Source: a virus (taxonomy: Duplodnaviria > Caudoviricetes). From it: 64,000 bases of DNA. The stretch spans positions 19,666-83,665 of the IMG/VR virus record IMGVR_UViG_3300014204_000154; one strand, 5' to 3'. A model generated the notes under the pieces. It had not been told where the DNA came from. It saw only the letters and a list, made by a program, of their open reading frames with translations, and did not search any database. Below, in pieces: positions 37,101 through 46,309 of the stretch (the stretch's first letter is position 1; every line of letters starts with the position of its first letter). The translations under genes were made by a program, and so were the position numbers.

Positions 37101-37218
37101 CAAGACCCAATCCCTTGTCTGCCGCCTTTTGCGTTGCGTTCTTACTGGCCTTGCCACTCTTGATCTTATCGATCAACTTCTTTGATATCGTTCCAGTTTT
37201 CCGACTCTTTCCGCCCAT
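37090..37218 (-). CDS. 42-aa Lys-rich peptide
   Basis: Not in track; MGGKSRKTGTISKKLIDKIKSGKASKNATQKAADKGLGLDDK; AAGGAGG SD; 3' end overlaps the GNAT start. Confidence 0.7.
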   Translation of the reverse strand: MGGKSRKTGTISKKLIDKIKSGKASKNATQKAADKGLGLDDK

Positions 37219-37236
37219 AATCACAATCCTCCTTAA

Positions 37237-38018
37237 TTATAATTTTAATCCTCTTGTAAGGATTTTCCATGCCAATTCAACCACTGATGGAATTTGCCCA
37301 TTGCCAATGGCTTTAATTCTGTCCAGTTTATCGGCCAATCCATCATCCATTCGGCAAAGCAAGGGTGAACATGTATATGCTTCTCTGGGCATTTTTGATG
37401 GTTCTTCAAATTCAATTCCATTCCAATTAAATAATGGGAAAGGCGGGTAGTCGATTGCCAAGTTTCTGTTGTCCGGATATTCCCATTGGCAAATTGAATC
37501 GCTTCTGAACTCATGACTGTAGGCAAGAATCCACAATCGTTTCCTCTCATGCGGTGCTCCAACATTATCCCCTCCCACAAGGCACCATCGACAATCATAC
37601 CCAATTGAGGAAATATCTGCAAGGATTCTTCCGAAATAAATGGTAGAGATGAGCCCTGAAACATTTTCCAAAAATGCAAATTTTGGTCGTATTTTCCCAA
37701 TAACCTCAAAAGTTTCAGGCCACATATTGCGACTATCCAATTCTTTTTTACGCTGCCCTGACATTGAGAATGGTTGACATGGGAATCCTCCTGAGACAAC
37801 ATCAACCAATCCCTTATAGCTGTCGGCGAACCCTTCATCAATGAATGTTTTGATATCGCTGAATATGGGAGCATCATCTAAAATACCATCCTGAATTCTT
37901 TGAGCAATTAATCTTTGACAAAAATCATTCCATTCAACATAACCTAATGTTTTCCAGCCCAACAATTTAGAACCAAGAAGACCGCCACCCCCCCAGAAAA
38001 CAAAGATAATTCCTTCAT
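37237..38018 (-). CDS. C5-cytosine DNA methyltransferase alpha subunit, frameshifted in a G7 tract
   Basis: ATG 38018 gives MKELSLFSG; G8 instead of G7 (37988-37994) restores LFSGGGGGLLG in frame with GGFPCQPFS, ENV, PHERKR, KAIGNG. Confidence 0.85.
37245..37877 (-). CDS. overlapping-frame beta polypeptide of the C5 methyltransferase (M.EcoHK31I-beta-like)
   Basis: Long alternative-frame ORF with KMFQ...GMIVDGALW...LEH, FLPT and motif IX-like HPCFAEWMMDWPINWT. Confidence 0.75.
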   Translation of the reverse strand: MMLPYSAISKHSLMKGSPTAIRDWLMLSQEDSHVNHSQCQGSVKKNWIVAICGLKLLRLLGKYDQNLHFWKMFQGSSLPFISEESLQIFPQLGMIVDGALWEGIMLEHRMRGNDCGFLPTVMSSEAIQFANGNIRTTETWQSTTRLSHYLIGMELNLKNHQKCPEKHIHVHPCFAEWMMDWPINWTELKPLAMGKFHQWLNWHGKSLQED

Positions 38019-38021
38019 TTT

Positions 38022-38729
38022 TTACTTTCCCAAAACTTCAATCCTGCCCAACTCATCAAAAAGACACCAACTTAACAGACCAGTCAAGTCGGTTGTCTTT
38101 CCCTTCACAATGAAATAATTTCCGCCCGGAACGAACGAAAAGGACAATTCCTGATCATAATTGAACAGAGCGTCCAAATCAACCGTCCGGATACCGATTG
38201 GCTCAAACCTCTCCAACTTCTCCTGAGACGCAAAATCAAGACCGCTGGCGTCATTTACAATTTCAATGATGGTTCCTGAAAAGATATCGCGCTGGACAAC
38301 CTTCAACCCGTTGTCCCAATGAATCTCCACATGGCTTAAATCATCCTGCAAGGCGCTCATAATCGCCTTCCGGAGAGTAAATCTTGAAGTCGCCTTCTTC
38401 CGGGCATAACGATAATACAACCGAAATATTTCATCAAAGGAAAGCGACTTACTTGACCCACACTTCTTCTTCCGAACATAGCCGTCTTGAACCGTCTTGA
38501 AAACAATTGAATCCCCTTCAACGTAAAAATTCGCCGAATCATAATCATTGGCGTCAAAAATGACGGTTTCCTTAAACGCGGCGCTTGTCTCCGGAAGGGC
38601 AAACCTCAACAGAATCGTCCTATCAGAATTGATAACCAAAACGTCACGCTCATTGCAAAGAATGGTGTTTCTCATCCTTCCACTCTGGTCAAGCGCCGCC
38701 GCATATGAAAAAATTTCTTCCCTGTCCAC
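38022..38729 (-). CDS. hypothetical protein
   Basis: 235 aa; GGAGG SD. Confidence 0.75.
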   Translation of the reverse strand: MDREEIFSYAAALDQSGRMRNTILCNERDVLVINSDRTILLRFALPETSAAFKETVIFDANDYDSANFYVEGDSIVFKTVQDGYVRKKKCGSSKSLSFDEIFRLYYRYARKKATSRFTLRKAIMSALQDDLSHVEIHWDNGLKVVQRDIFSGTIIEIVNDASGLDFASQEKLERFEPIGIRTVDLDALFNYDQELSFSFVPGGNYFIVKGKTTDLTGLLSWCLFDELGRIEVLGK

Positions 38730-38743
38730 TTTATTCCCTCCGT

Positions 38744-39427
38744 TTAATCAAATAGACCATTTTCTTCTTTACAGAACTTTTCGCATCCCAACCGTCCTGC
38801 TGCTCCGGCGCAATATTCCTCATCGATTTCAAAAGCATCCAACTTAAATCCCAAATCCCGACAAGCAATGGCGCTTGATCCACTACCCAAATGGGTATCG
38901 ATAATAGTATAACCCGGTTTTGCGTATTTCTTTAATAACCATTTATATAAAGCAACTGGTTTTTGCGTTGGATGAATTCTCTTTTCTTTGTTTTTCATAT
39001 CTCCTTGTAAAAAACCTTGCCAACGATATGAAAACATGCGAGTTGATGTATCAAAAGAAGTCCAAGCCAATTCGCAATCAGCAAAATTATTTTTTCCATT
39101 AACTTTATCCCATACAATAAAACAATTTGTGTTTCTTAAAAATTCTATAAAATAATTACCCCCAAAAACAATCTGATGTTTGCTTATCCGAAATAATTCA
39201 ACAAAAAAATCTCCTTTAGGAACTAAAGAATCCCAATTTTTATATTCAATGTCTCTTCTAACAGAAGCCAAGCTGTCAAATTGCATTTTATAAGCTGCTT
39301 GAAAATTTTCAACATATGGAGGATCGACAATTGCCAAATCATACTTCTTATCTGGCATCAATTTCATTTCTGGAAGACAATCGCAACAAAAGATTCTTAT
39401 GTCATCCTGTTCATAAAAAGGGTTCAA
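38744..39427 (-). CDS. DNA N6-adenine methyltransferase (beta class)
   Basis: VDPPY, HPTQKP, DTHLGSGSS. Confidence 0.92.
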   Translation of the reverse strand: MNPFYEQDDIRIFCCDCLPEMKLMPDKKYDLAIVDPPYVENFQAAYKMQFDSLASVRRDIEYKNWDSLVPKGDFFVELFRISKHQIVFGGNYFIEFLRNTNCFIVWDKVNGKNNFADCELAWTSFDTSTRMFSYRWQGFLQGDMKNKEKRIHPTQKPVALYKWLLKKYAKPGYTIIDTHLGSGSSAIACRDLGFKLDAFEIDEEYCAGAAGRLGCEKFCKEENGLFD

Positions 39428-40837
39428 TCAAACAACCCTCCTCAGCATTTCCTCTCGGAAATCGTATTTTGGATCATAGACCCAAACAAGGCCATCCCTA
39501 TCCTGCCCCACCGGCCGCAGACCTGCCGCCCAATCGATGGAAAATGAAGTGTCTCCCATAAGGTTCCAAAGATGCTTCACTTCATCCCGGAACGAATTGG
39601 ACAGAAACCCATTCCCCTCGTTGACCCACTTCTCAAAATCGCTCCACGCCGTCTTCGCTCCCTTCCGGCTCACGATAAAACGGATGGCGCTGGTGGTATT
39701 CCCTGAACAAAACTTGGCGCGGCCAAACAGATCGCTGACCGAACAACAAATATCATCGTCGTTGGTTGGAACGTTCCCGGCATCGAAGGTGGAACACTCG
39801 ATTCCACACTGCCGGAAATAATCCATATATTTCCCTAACAATAAAGACCCCAAAAATTGAGCCTTCGACATCATTTCATACATCCGTTCAAAGTCGTGAC
39901 CCAGACGGGCGAAACTGTTCTTGATCCCCGATCCCGCCGCTGAATAGGAATAACAGTCAAACGTCATATGGCGAATTCCGGCTTCAAGAATCTGCTCAAT
40001 ATAATCGTCCGTCATTCCCTTCTCGTCATTCAAGAAGACCATGAACGGTTCAATCCTTGCGACAACCCGGACACCAGCATCACAAAGATTTTTGCACCCA
40101 CGAATTCTCTCCTTGAAAGTCGGCGCTCCCGGCTCCAAACCTTTCAAGAAAGCTTCGTTGGATGAAATCATCGTAACGTGGACCGCCGCCCCTGCCCTAT
40201 TCCGGGCAAACGCTTTCACATATTCATCATCGCCAACAAGATCCGACTTCGTATTGACCATGATTGGATATTCGGCATCAGCAAGGAAATTCAGCATCTC
40301 CAGAGCTATCCTGTTTTTCGTCTCTATCGGCCGGACAAAATCCTCAAAGCGAATTCCCAGCCGCAATGGCATCTCCATTGCTATCGCCTTTGAAACGTCC
40401 GCCAGATCCTTCTTCGATCCCCGATGCTTGAACAACTCTGTCAATTCCTTCTTGAAGAAATCCGGAGAACAAACCCGCATCCCCATCCCCTTCGTATTGT
40501 CAAAAAAGGAAGAGTAAAGGCTGGCCCTGGCATAATCGGCGAAGCAATACCGGCAACGATACGGGCAAAGCTTGGAGTCATAGATGTCCAGATTTAATGA
40601 CATCGGACAAGCTTGAGACCTCAAGCTCACTTCGATAAATGATTGCATTTCCTCAAGATTCAAAAGGCGCTCTTTCTTGATCATTTCGCCTTTCTCAAGA
40701 TCAAACTGGAAATAATTCGACTTTCTCCCCTTCTCCTTAACGAGACTCTGCTTGTCCCGTTCTTCAACGAATACCGAAAGACGCGGAATTATTTTTGAAA
40801 CCAGCTTTCTCAATTCCCAATAATTCATGTTATTCAC
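39428..40837 (-). CDS. radical SAM enzyme (SPL-like family), paralog 1
   Basis: CPYRCRYC; VNTKS; LEPGAPT..ER; RIEPF. Confidence 0.9.
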   Translation of the reverse strand: MNNMNYWELRKLVSKIIPRLSVFVEERDKQSLVKEKGRKSNYFQFDLEKGEMIKKERLLNLEEMQSFIEVSLRSQACPMSLNLDIYDSKLCPYRCRYCFADYARASLYSSFFDNTKGMGMRVCSPDFFKKELTELFKHRGSKKDLADVSKAIAMEMPLRLGIRFEDFVRPIETKNRIALEMLNFLADAEYPIMVNTKSDLVGDDEYVKAFARNRAGAAVHVTMISSNEAFLKGLEPGAPTFKERIRGCKNLCDAGVRVVARIEPFMVFLNDEKGMTDDYIEQILEAGIRHMTFDCYSYSAAGSGIKNSFARLGHDFERMYEMMSKAQFLGSLLLGKYMDYFRQCGIECSTFDAGNVPTNDDDICCSVSDLFGRAKFCSGNTTSAIRFIVSRKGAKTAWSDFEKWVNEGNGFLSNSFRDEVKHLWNLMGDTSFSIDWAAGLRPVGQDRDGLVWVYDPKYDFREEMLRRVV

Positions 40838-40902
40838 GTGGCGGTCCTTTCACAAGATCGTCTAATGCAATAAAGTGGATTTGGATGCGGATGGGGAGGT
40901 TT

Positions 40903-41454
40903 TCATGGCTGCGCCGCCTCCAAAACTATATCGCTTTCTACCTCATTGCCCCACACATCCCATCCTTCAGTTTTCTGGCGAGCAAACAATTCGATACGAT
41001 TCCCGCATGGATATAAACTTTCGATCATCCTGCGAGCAATTATCGGCTTACGAGAATGGATAGTTGCTGCTTCTCTCAAAACAGTTGTATATTTCCCTCT
41101 TTGCTCAACCGCCACTGGAATAAACTTACCCTTGTAAAGCCAAAGTAAATATTCATGTGAATATCTTACTGTAAAACAAGGGGCAACTCCATTTTCCTTA
41201 TCCCATATAATCCGAGCATGAAGTCGATGCTGAGAGAAAAGTCTTTCCGCGTCCATTAGATATTTATCTATCGTCCAGAGAAAAAGAATATAATTGTCCT
41301 CAACGGGAACACTTTCAATAATGTTTTTAATGTCAGCGAGTTCTAACGTATTATAATCTAAACTTCTGCCTTGATGGGGCCTGCAATTCCTTAGTCCGCC
41401 TTTTTTTTGAACCCAAGGAGGATCAGCATAAATTACTTGATATTTTTTATTCAA
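40903..41454 (-). CDS. MT-A70 family adenine methyltransferase
   Basis: YADPPW, LFLW, HSRKP, IELFAR...GW..WGNE. Confidence 0.92.
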   Translation of the reverse strand: MNKKYQVIYADPPWVQKKGGLRNCRPHQGRSLDYNTLELADIKNIIESVPVEDNYILFLWTIDKYLMDAERLFSQHRLHARIIWDKENGVAPCFTVRYSHEYLLWLYKGKFIPVAVEQRGKYTTVLREAATIHSRKPIIARRMIESLYPCGNRIELFARQKTEGWDVWGNEVESDIVLEAAQP

Positions 41455-41616
41455 TTTACTCCTCCAATCCCGCGTTACTTACCTTGCCAAATCCAAGCAG
41501 GCCGATCAACAGCAGCATCTCGATCTCGGGGCATGCCGCATTCGTCGCAAACCTCGATGCCGCCACCATCGGGCCAATCTTCGTTGTGAGTTTTCAAATG
41601 GCCGCATTTATCCATA

Positions 41617-42429
41617 TCACGCTCCTATATTCCAAAAAAGGATTGGCCCCTCAAGACTGTTTTTGTTTTGCTTTAACCAAGACCATGCTTTCAAATCGTA
41701 ATACGGATTGCAAGGGAATGGACACCCCGTCACAACTCTATCCGTGTATTCATATCCCATATCAATTAGTTTGAAATCCGGATCGTCCAATAAATAACCG
41801 GCCGCACCAACAATCTTCTCTCTTTTCTTGTTTTGTTGACAAGATTCTCTACAAAGAACCCCTCTAACTTTTATATTATACCCCTTTTCTCGGATTCCTC
41901 TTAAAACTCCTGCCGCCATCGTTCCAGAACCAATACACATAACTATCGTCTGGAATCTATCCACGTTTGAGCACTTGACTTCCTTTGCAACCTCAACAAC
42001 CGTCTCCAATAGCGGAAGACCCAATGGCAATAAGACAGCCTTGGGCCCAAATTCCTCCGCAAGAGCGTTCCGGCTGATATAATAATTCACCTTCGCCATA
42101 CCGGCCTTGACGTTCCTGATCTCAGCGCCGAATTCAATCCACTTGCTTTTATGATATTCAAGAACCTCGTGTGACTCTTTATAGACAGGGTTGTAAATAA
42201 CGGCCGTCATGCCCAATTCTCTGGCTATGGCGCAAATGCCAATGCCTGCCATAGAAATCGATGTTTCTGTATATCCAACAACAGTCACCCCTTCCCTCTT
42301 TAATTTCTGAAGATGTTTCTCCAATCCTCTTACCTTAGCAAAAGGAGGAAGAGGAGGAAGTGCACATAAATCTTCCCTTTTAACGTAAATCCCGTCATAT
42401 TCCTCGATTGGAGTGTTATTTATTATCAT
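41617..42429 (-). CDS. PLP-dependent enzyme, fold type II (TrpB/ACC-deaminase-like phage family)
   Basis: TPIE...YVKREDL...AKVRG, IGSGTMAAG, YYDLKAW, LFWNIG. Confidence 0.85.
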   Translation of the reverse strand: MIINNTPIEEYDGIYVKREDLCALPPLPPFAKVRGLEKHLQKLKREGVTVVGYTETSISMAGIGICAIARELGMTAVIYNPVYKESHEVLEYHKSKWIEFGAEIRNVKAGMAKVNYYISRNALAEEFGPKAVLLPLGLPLLETVVEVAKEVKCSNVDRFQTIVMCIGSGTMAAGVLRGIREKGYNIKVRGVLCRESCQQNKKREKIVGAAGYLLDDPDFKLIDMGYEYTDRVVTGCPFPCNPYYDLKAWSWLKQNKNSLEGPILFWNIGA

Positions 42430-42986
42430 TCGTTAACCGCCTTTGATGTCTTTCTTCGCTTTTGGGCAGCAAATTTAAGTTTATTGACATGTTCCTCAGA
42501 AAGCTTCTTCCCTTTCCAAAACGATCCTCCTCCGGGATGTCTCGCATGGTTTCTTCTATATACATCATCCTGCCATAATTTCTTAGTCAATGCGCTTTGC
42601 TTCTCTCGTTCACCATCATTTTCATATCTTCTCAACGTAACAATCCTTGCTTTCTCTGATTGAGATTTTCTCATACTTTCAGTCCAATTAATTATTCCCA
42701 ATCCTCCTTCCACCATATTATATCCATTAGGAACAATGGAATTGTTTTCTTTGATATAATCTCGTTCCAACTCTCCAGCTTCCTCCGGAGTCAATCCACT
42801 ATGCAATAAAACCATATAGAAATTATTGATGCCGTATTTCCGAATAGAACTATGAAGGGCATACAAACTTCCAGATTTAACTTTATCCAAATGAGCCTTC
42901 CAACGACTCTTAATTGATTGGCTAGTAACGCCAAAATACTTTTTATGATTTATATTATTTTCAATAACATAAACAATATACTTCAT
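42426..42986 (-). mobile_element. free-standing GIY-YIG homing endonuclease with NUMOD3-like tail
   Basis: YIVYVIEN..NHKKYFGVT...RW..H...E...NGYN; KGKKLSEEH. Confidence 0.85.
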
Positions 42987-44029
42987 AATAGTCCGCAATC
43001 CTTTAGCGAATACATATCTGGTTCCTTGCCATCAAAAACTCTTCTGCCCTGTTCAAGATCGCCGATCCCATCCCAACTCGATTGAAAGACCTCTTCCCGG
43101 TCTTCCCCCGCTAAGATCCGCCGTTTAAAATTGATCAAATTGAATGTAGTGGGATTTGGCACCGTAACGCCGCAACAGGTGTTTGTTGATTCCCTATACA
43201 GACCGGAGTTAACAAAGTCAGGACAGCCCAAAACGATGCCATATTTCTTGGCAATCTCGATAAGCTGAACCAAGATCGGTTTCCAATATTGATCCCGGTT
43301 ATGAAACCAAATCTTCTCAATATCAATCCCGATCCCATGGAGGCGCTTAGCAACGAAGTCGTTGAAGTGAAAATTGTAGGTGTTATAATTCAAGATCCCA
43401 TGGGATTTTAGCCGACGCATTAAGGATCGGAATTGAGCCACGGTATGATACCCTGGAATGAAAGGTTCTCCGTTGACTCCCACCCTAACGCCGTTGCTCT
43501 TCAAAAGCAATATGTGAACAATCCGATCCTCAACCGGAGTCGTGCACCGCCGTTCTAATACCTCCCAATCGCTTTCCGCTCCCGGAGATATAATTGGCTG
43601 GACAATGCAAAGATCCTTCATCCGGACGATATCATCAAAATAATCCATCATGACTTCGGTGAACATGGTCTGAATCAAAAACGACCACCGATGCCCCTCA
43701 AGAATTTTCAAGACCTCTCCGGATACGCGGTGAATCCGCTCCGCTGATTGAAACGGATCTGCTTTGTTGCCAAACCGAATTGTCTTCTTATGATGCAGCG
43801 CCCAAGCCAGAGAGGATCGCGGATTTTTGTTTTTCAACCCGTTTGACAATGTTCTTGAAAAGGATTCGATATCCAGAGGCTTCAAATCGTACCCCCAGAT
43901 GTGATTAAGACGGCGAAGATAGCAATGAAGGCAATCCGCCTCGCAATTGCCATATGAATCAAGAGAAAATGACAATGGACAATAAATGGAATCGCCCCTG
44001 ATTGTTAAGCCTTGTTTCAATCTTTCCAA
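42983..44029 (-). CDS. radical SAM enzyme (SPL-like family), paralog 2
   Basis: CEADCLHC; RFGNKADPF; VNGEPFIPG. Confidence 0.9.
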   Translation of the reverse strand: MERLKQGLTIRGDSIYCPLSFSLDSYGNCEADCLHCYLRRLNHIWGYDLKPLDIESFSRTLSNGLKNKNPRSSLAWALHHKKTIRFGNKADPFQSAERIHRVSGEVLKILEGHRWSFLIQTMFTEVMMDYFDDIVRMKDLCIVQPIISPGAESDWEVLERRCTTPVEDRIVHILLLKSNGVRVGVNGEPFIPGYHTVAQFRSLMRRLKSHGILNYNTYNFHFNDFVAKRLHGIGIDIEKIWFHNRDQYWKPILVQLIEIAKKYGIVLGCPDFVNSGLYRESTNTCCGVTVPNPTTFNLINFKRRILAGEDREEVFQSSWDGIGDLEQGRRVFDGKEPDMYSLKDCGLL

Positions 44030-44056
44030 TGACTTATGTCCTCTGAAAAATAGGCG

Positions 44057-44090
44057 AAAAAGAAGGGGGCAGAACTTCCTGCCCCCTTCT
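44057..44090 (-). terminator. rho-independent terminator
   Basis: 12-bp stem AGAAGGGGGCAG/CTGCCCCCTTCT + T run. Confidence 0.85.
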
Positions 44091-44113
44091 CCGAAAACGT
44101 GGACCGGCCGGGG

Positions 44114-44653
44114 TTACTTGCGGGTGATTTTCCCATCGGCGATGGCGAAAAGGTCGAACGCTTCCACGGCCGCCAGGACTGTCTTCATGGCCCAAGCCGC
44201 CTCTTTCTCATTGGCCTTGCCGCCCTCTTTGGCGTACTCCGCATCTGCCGCCTTGATGAGATCTGTCACCGTTTCGCCCTTGGCCTTGGCAAGAATGGAT
44301 GCGGAAATGAAAAGCCGCCCCTTCTTCTTCTCCTTCGGCTCTTTGGGCGCGGACGGCGTCTTGGTCTTGGCCGCCCCGCCCTTCTTGGTGCCCGCGGCGG
44401 GTGCGGCCGGCGCTTCATCCGGCACGGTGATCTTCTGATAATACTCGGCCGCGGCATCCGGTCCCGTCCACGTTCCGTCCTCGGCATCGGGAATGGCCTG
44501 GACCGCCCCGATGAACAGGTTGACCAGATCCTCCTTCGACTTCCCGACTGCGACGATCTTGTCCGGAAGCTTCCCGCTGTCGTTGATGGCCTTGATTGCT
44601 GCGGATAATTCCTTGAACTTGATGTCCTCGATTTTGATGATCTTCACTGCCAT
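44114..44653 (-). CDS. Lys/Ala-rich putative nucleoid-associated protein
   Basis: APAAGTKKGGAAKTKTPSAPKEPKEKKK linker; strongly GC3-biased; own promoter and terminator; start moved to MAVKII. Confidence 0.75.
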   Translation of the reverse strand: MAVKIIKIEDIKFKELSAAIKAINDSGKLPDKIVAVGKSKEDLVNLFIGAVQAIPDAEDGTWTGPDAAAEYYQKITVPDEAPAAPAAGTKKGGAAKTKTPSAPKEPKEKKKGRLFISASILAKAKGETVTDLIKAADAEYAKEGGKANEKEAAWAMKTVLAAVEAFDLFAIADGKITRK

Positions 44654-44728
44654 GATACTCACCTTTTCCTTTCTATTTTTCATCTCCGGTTTATTTTTGG
44701 AACCCCTTTTCCTTTGCTCTTGAAACCT

Positions 44729-44756
44729 ATTATATAACCAGAATGAAAAAAGTCAA
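44729..44756 (-). promoter_or_regulatory. strong sigma70-like promoter
   Basis: TTGACT-16 bp-TATAAT. Confidence 0.75.
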
Positions 44757-44775
44757 GAAATATTTTTGATAATTT

Positions 44776-46293
44776 TCAAATTATTTTTATCCATTGATCC
44801 TCTAGGAACGGTTGGCCCAACGCAAGTGATTGTAAAACCATCACTTCTCCCAAAAATGTAAACTCCTCGTGACGATGTGCAATGGTGCTTATTCTTGACA
44901 CCCCCTGATCTTTTTCCTCCGGAGTCTGATTCACACCGAACAATTCATCGACATGGGCCAATTTCCTAATATCTTCAGCTGTATCCTCTTGTTCTAAGCT
45001 TTTTTTGCTGATTGATTTTCGGTTGCTCTGAAGAACCGTCGCCATTAAAGCGTGCCTTCGGGAAGCCAGACCCTTCCCACGTTTCCAAACATAGTCTGCG
45101 ACTCCGCGCTCAGAAAAACCACTTGTCCCCGATCCCGGCGCTGAGATATCGAAATAATCATGAGCAATAACGTCGCTCACGAACCCTTCCCGATCTTCCA
45201 GCTCATCAAGATCCCTTTCACAATCATCAAATGAAGCGGAGAAAGCCGGATAGGACATCACCCGGAAATTATCACCGTAAAGGGTTTTAAAATGCTTCAC
45301 CTTCCGGGCAACCGAAGCGGAATCAAAATCTTTTGTCTGATGCATCGGCAACCACCAAGTCGCCAAAACATAATTATTCTCGGATTTCCCACGGCAAACC
45401 TGACACGGACGATACCCTTTTATGATCTTAAATTCTGGGGTCTTTCCTCCCGGCGCTTTGATTCCAATGCTACATGCGCGTTCATCTTTCCGGCAAGACC
45501 CGTCCTGATTTCTCTGACAATCAAACACTGGATATTTATGATCACCTGCAAAAGAGGCAAGTGCCGCGATCCGTTTATATATCCGCTTTGATATTGCAAT
45601 TTTATTCATCTCCAACGAGAATAAGGAAACCTTCAACCCGGCCATCAAAGCATAAATAGCCAATTCCTGAAGCCAAAAGCTCTTTCCTCTTTTCATGGGA
45701 GCCATAAAGGCCACAAGCCAATCCCGTTCAAAATATCCAGCCATATCTCCCAGAGCGCCGGGAAACCGAAAGAGACGGTTTGTTTCATTTTCAGAAAAGA
45801 CCTGATTCACATTTGCAACATCAAGCGGATTGAACCATTGACTCGTATCTTTTGAAATCCGGCTATAACTCCTTGCAGCTTCTTCGGCCTCATCAATCCG
45901 CCCTCTGGCCAATTCCCCCTTTATCCGGTCTGCCAACATATCAAGATTTCTCTCCCGGATATAATCACGGGATTGGTCAACAAGATAGGGGGTGGCTTTG
46001 TCGCTGTTATCGGATAACTGCTGAAGGAATTCCCGGACCAGATCAGCCTCTGCTTCCTTGAGACTTTCCTGTTCCGTCATGAATATGTTCCGGATCTCAT
46101 TCCCTGGCGCCTTTTTGTAAAGGCGATAATAATCTTCAACCCATTGAAAAACAGTCCTTGCAAAATCGATCTTGAAGTGATGCTTCTTGGCCATCTTGAT
46201 AAGCTGGCTGCAATAATTGTCATCAACAATCGCTCCGGTGATTATTCGTTTCTCAATATCTCCGCTTACAACGTGCCTTCGAATTGAAGCCAT
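44776..46293 (-). CDS. dnaB: DnaB-like replicative helicase
   Basis: APMKRGKS Walker A variant, LFSLEM, HDYFD, LQSNR, AEDI. Confidence 0.85.
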   Translation of the reverse strand: MASIRRHVVSGDIEKRIITGAIVDDNYCSQLIKMAKKHHFKIDFARTVFQWVEDYYRLYKKAPGNEIRNIFMTEQESLKEAEADLVREFLQQLSDNSDKATPYLVDQSRDYIRERNLDMLADRIKGELARGRIDEAEEAARSYSRISKDTSQWFNPLDVANVNQVFSENETNRLFRFPGALGDMAGYFERDWLVAFMAPMKRGKSFWLQELAIYALMAGLKVSLFSLEMNKIAISKRIYKRIAALASFAGDHKYPVFDCQRNQDGSCRKDERACSIGIKAPGGKTPEFKIIKGYRPCQVCRGKSENNYVLATWWLPMHQTKDFDSASVARKVKHFKTLYGDNFRVMSYPAFSASFDDCERDLDELEDREGFVSDVIAHDYFDISAPGSGTSGFSERGVADYVWKRGKGLASRRHALMATVLQSNRKSISKKSLEQEDTAEDIRKLAHVDELFGVNQTPEEKDQGVSRISTIAHRHEEFTFLGEVMVLQSLALGQPFLEDQWIKII

Positions 46294-46309
46294 ATCTTTC
46301 CCCGGTCAA

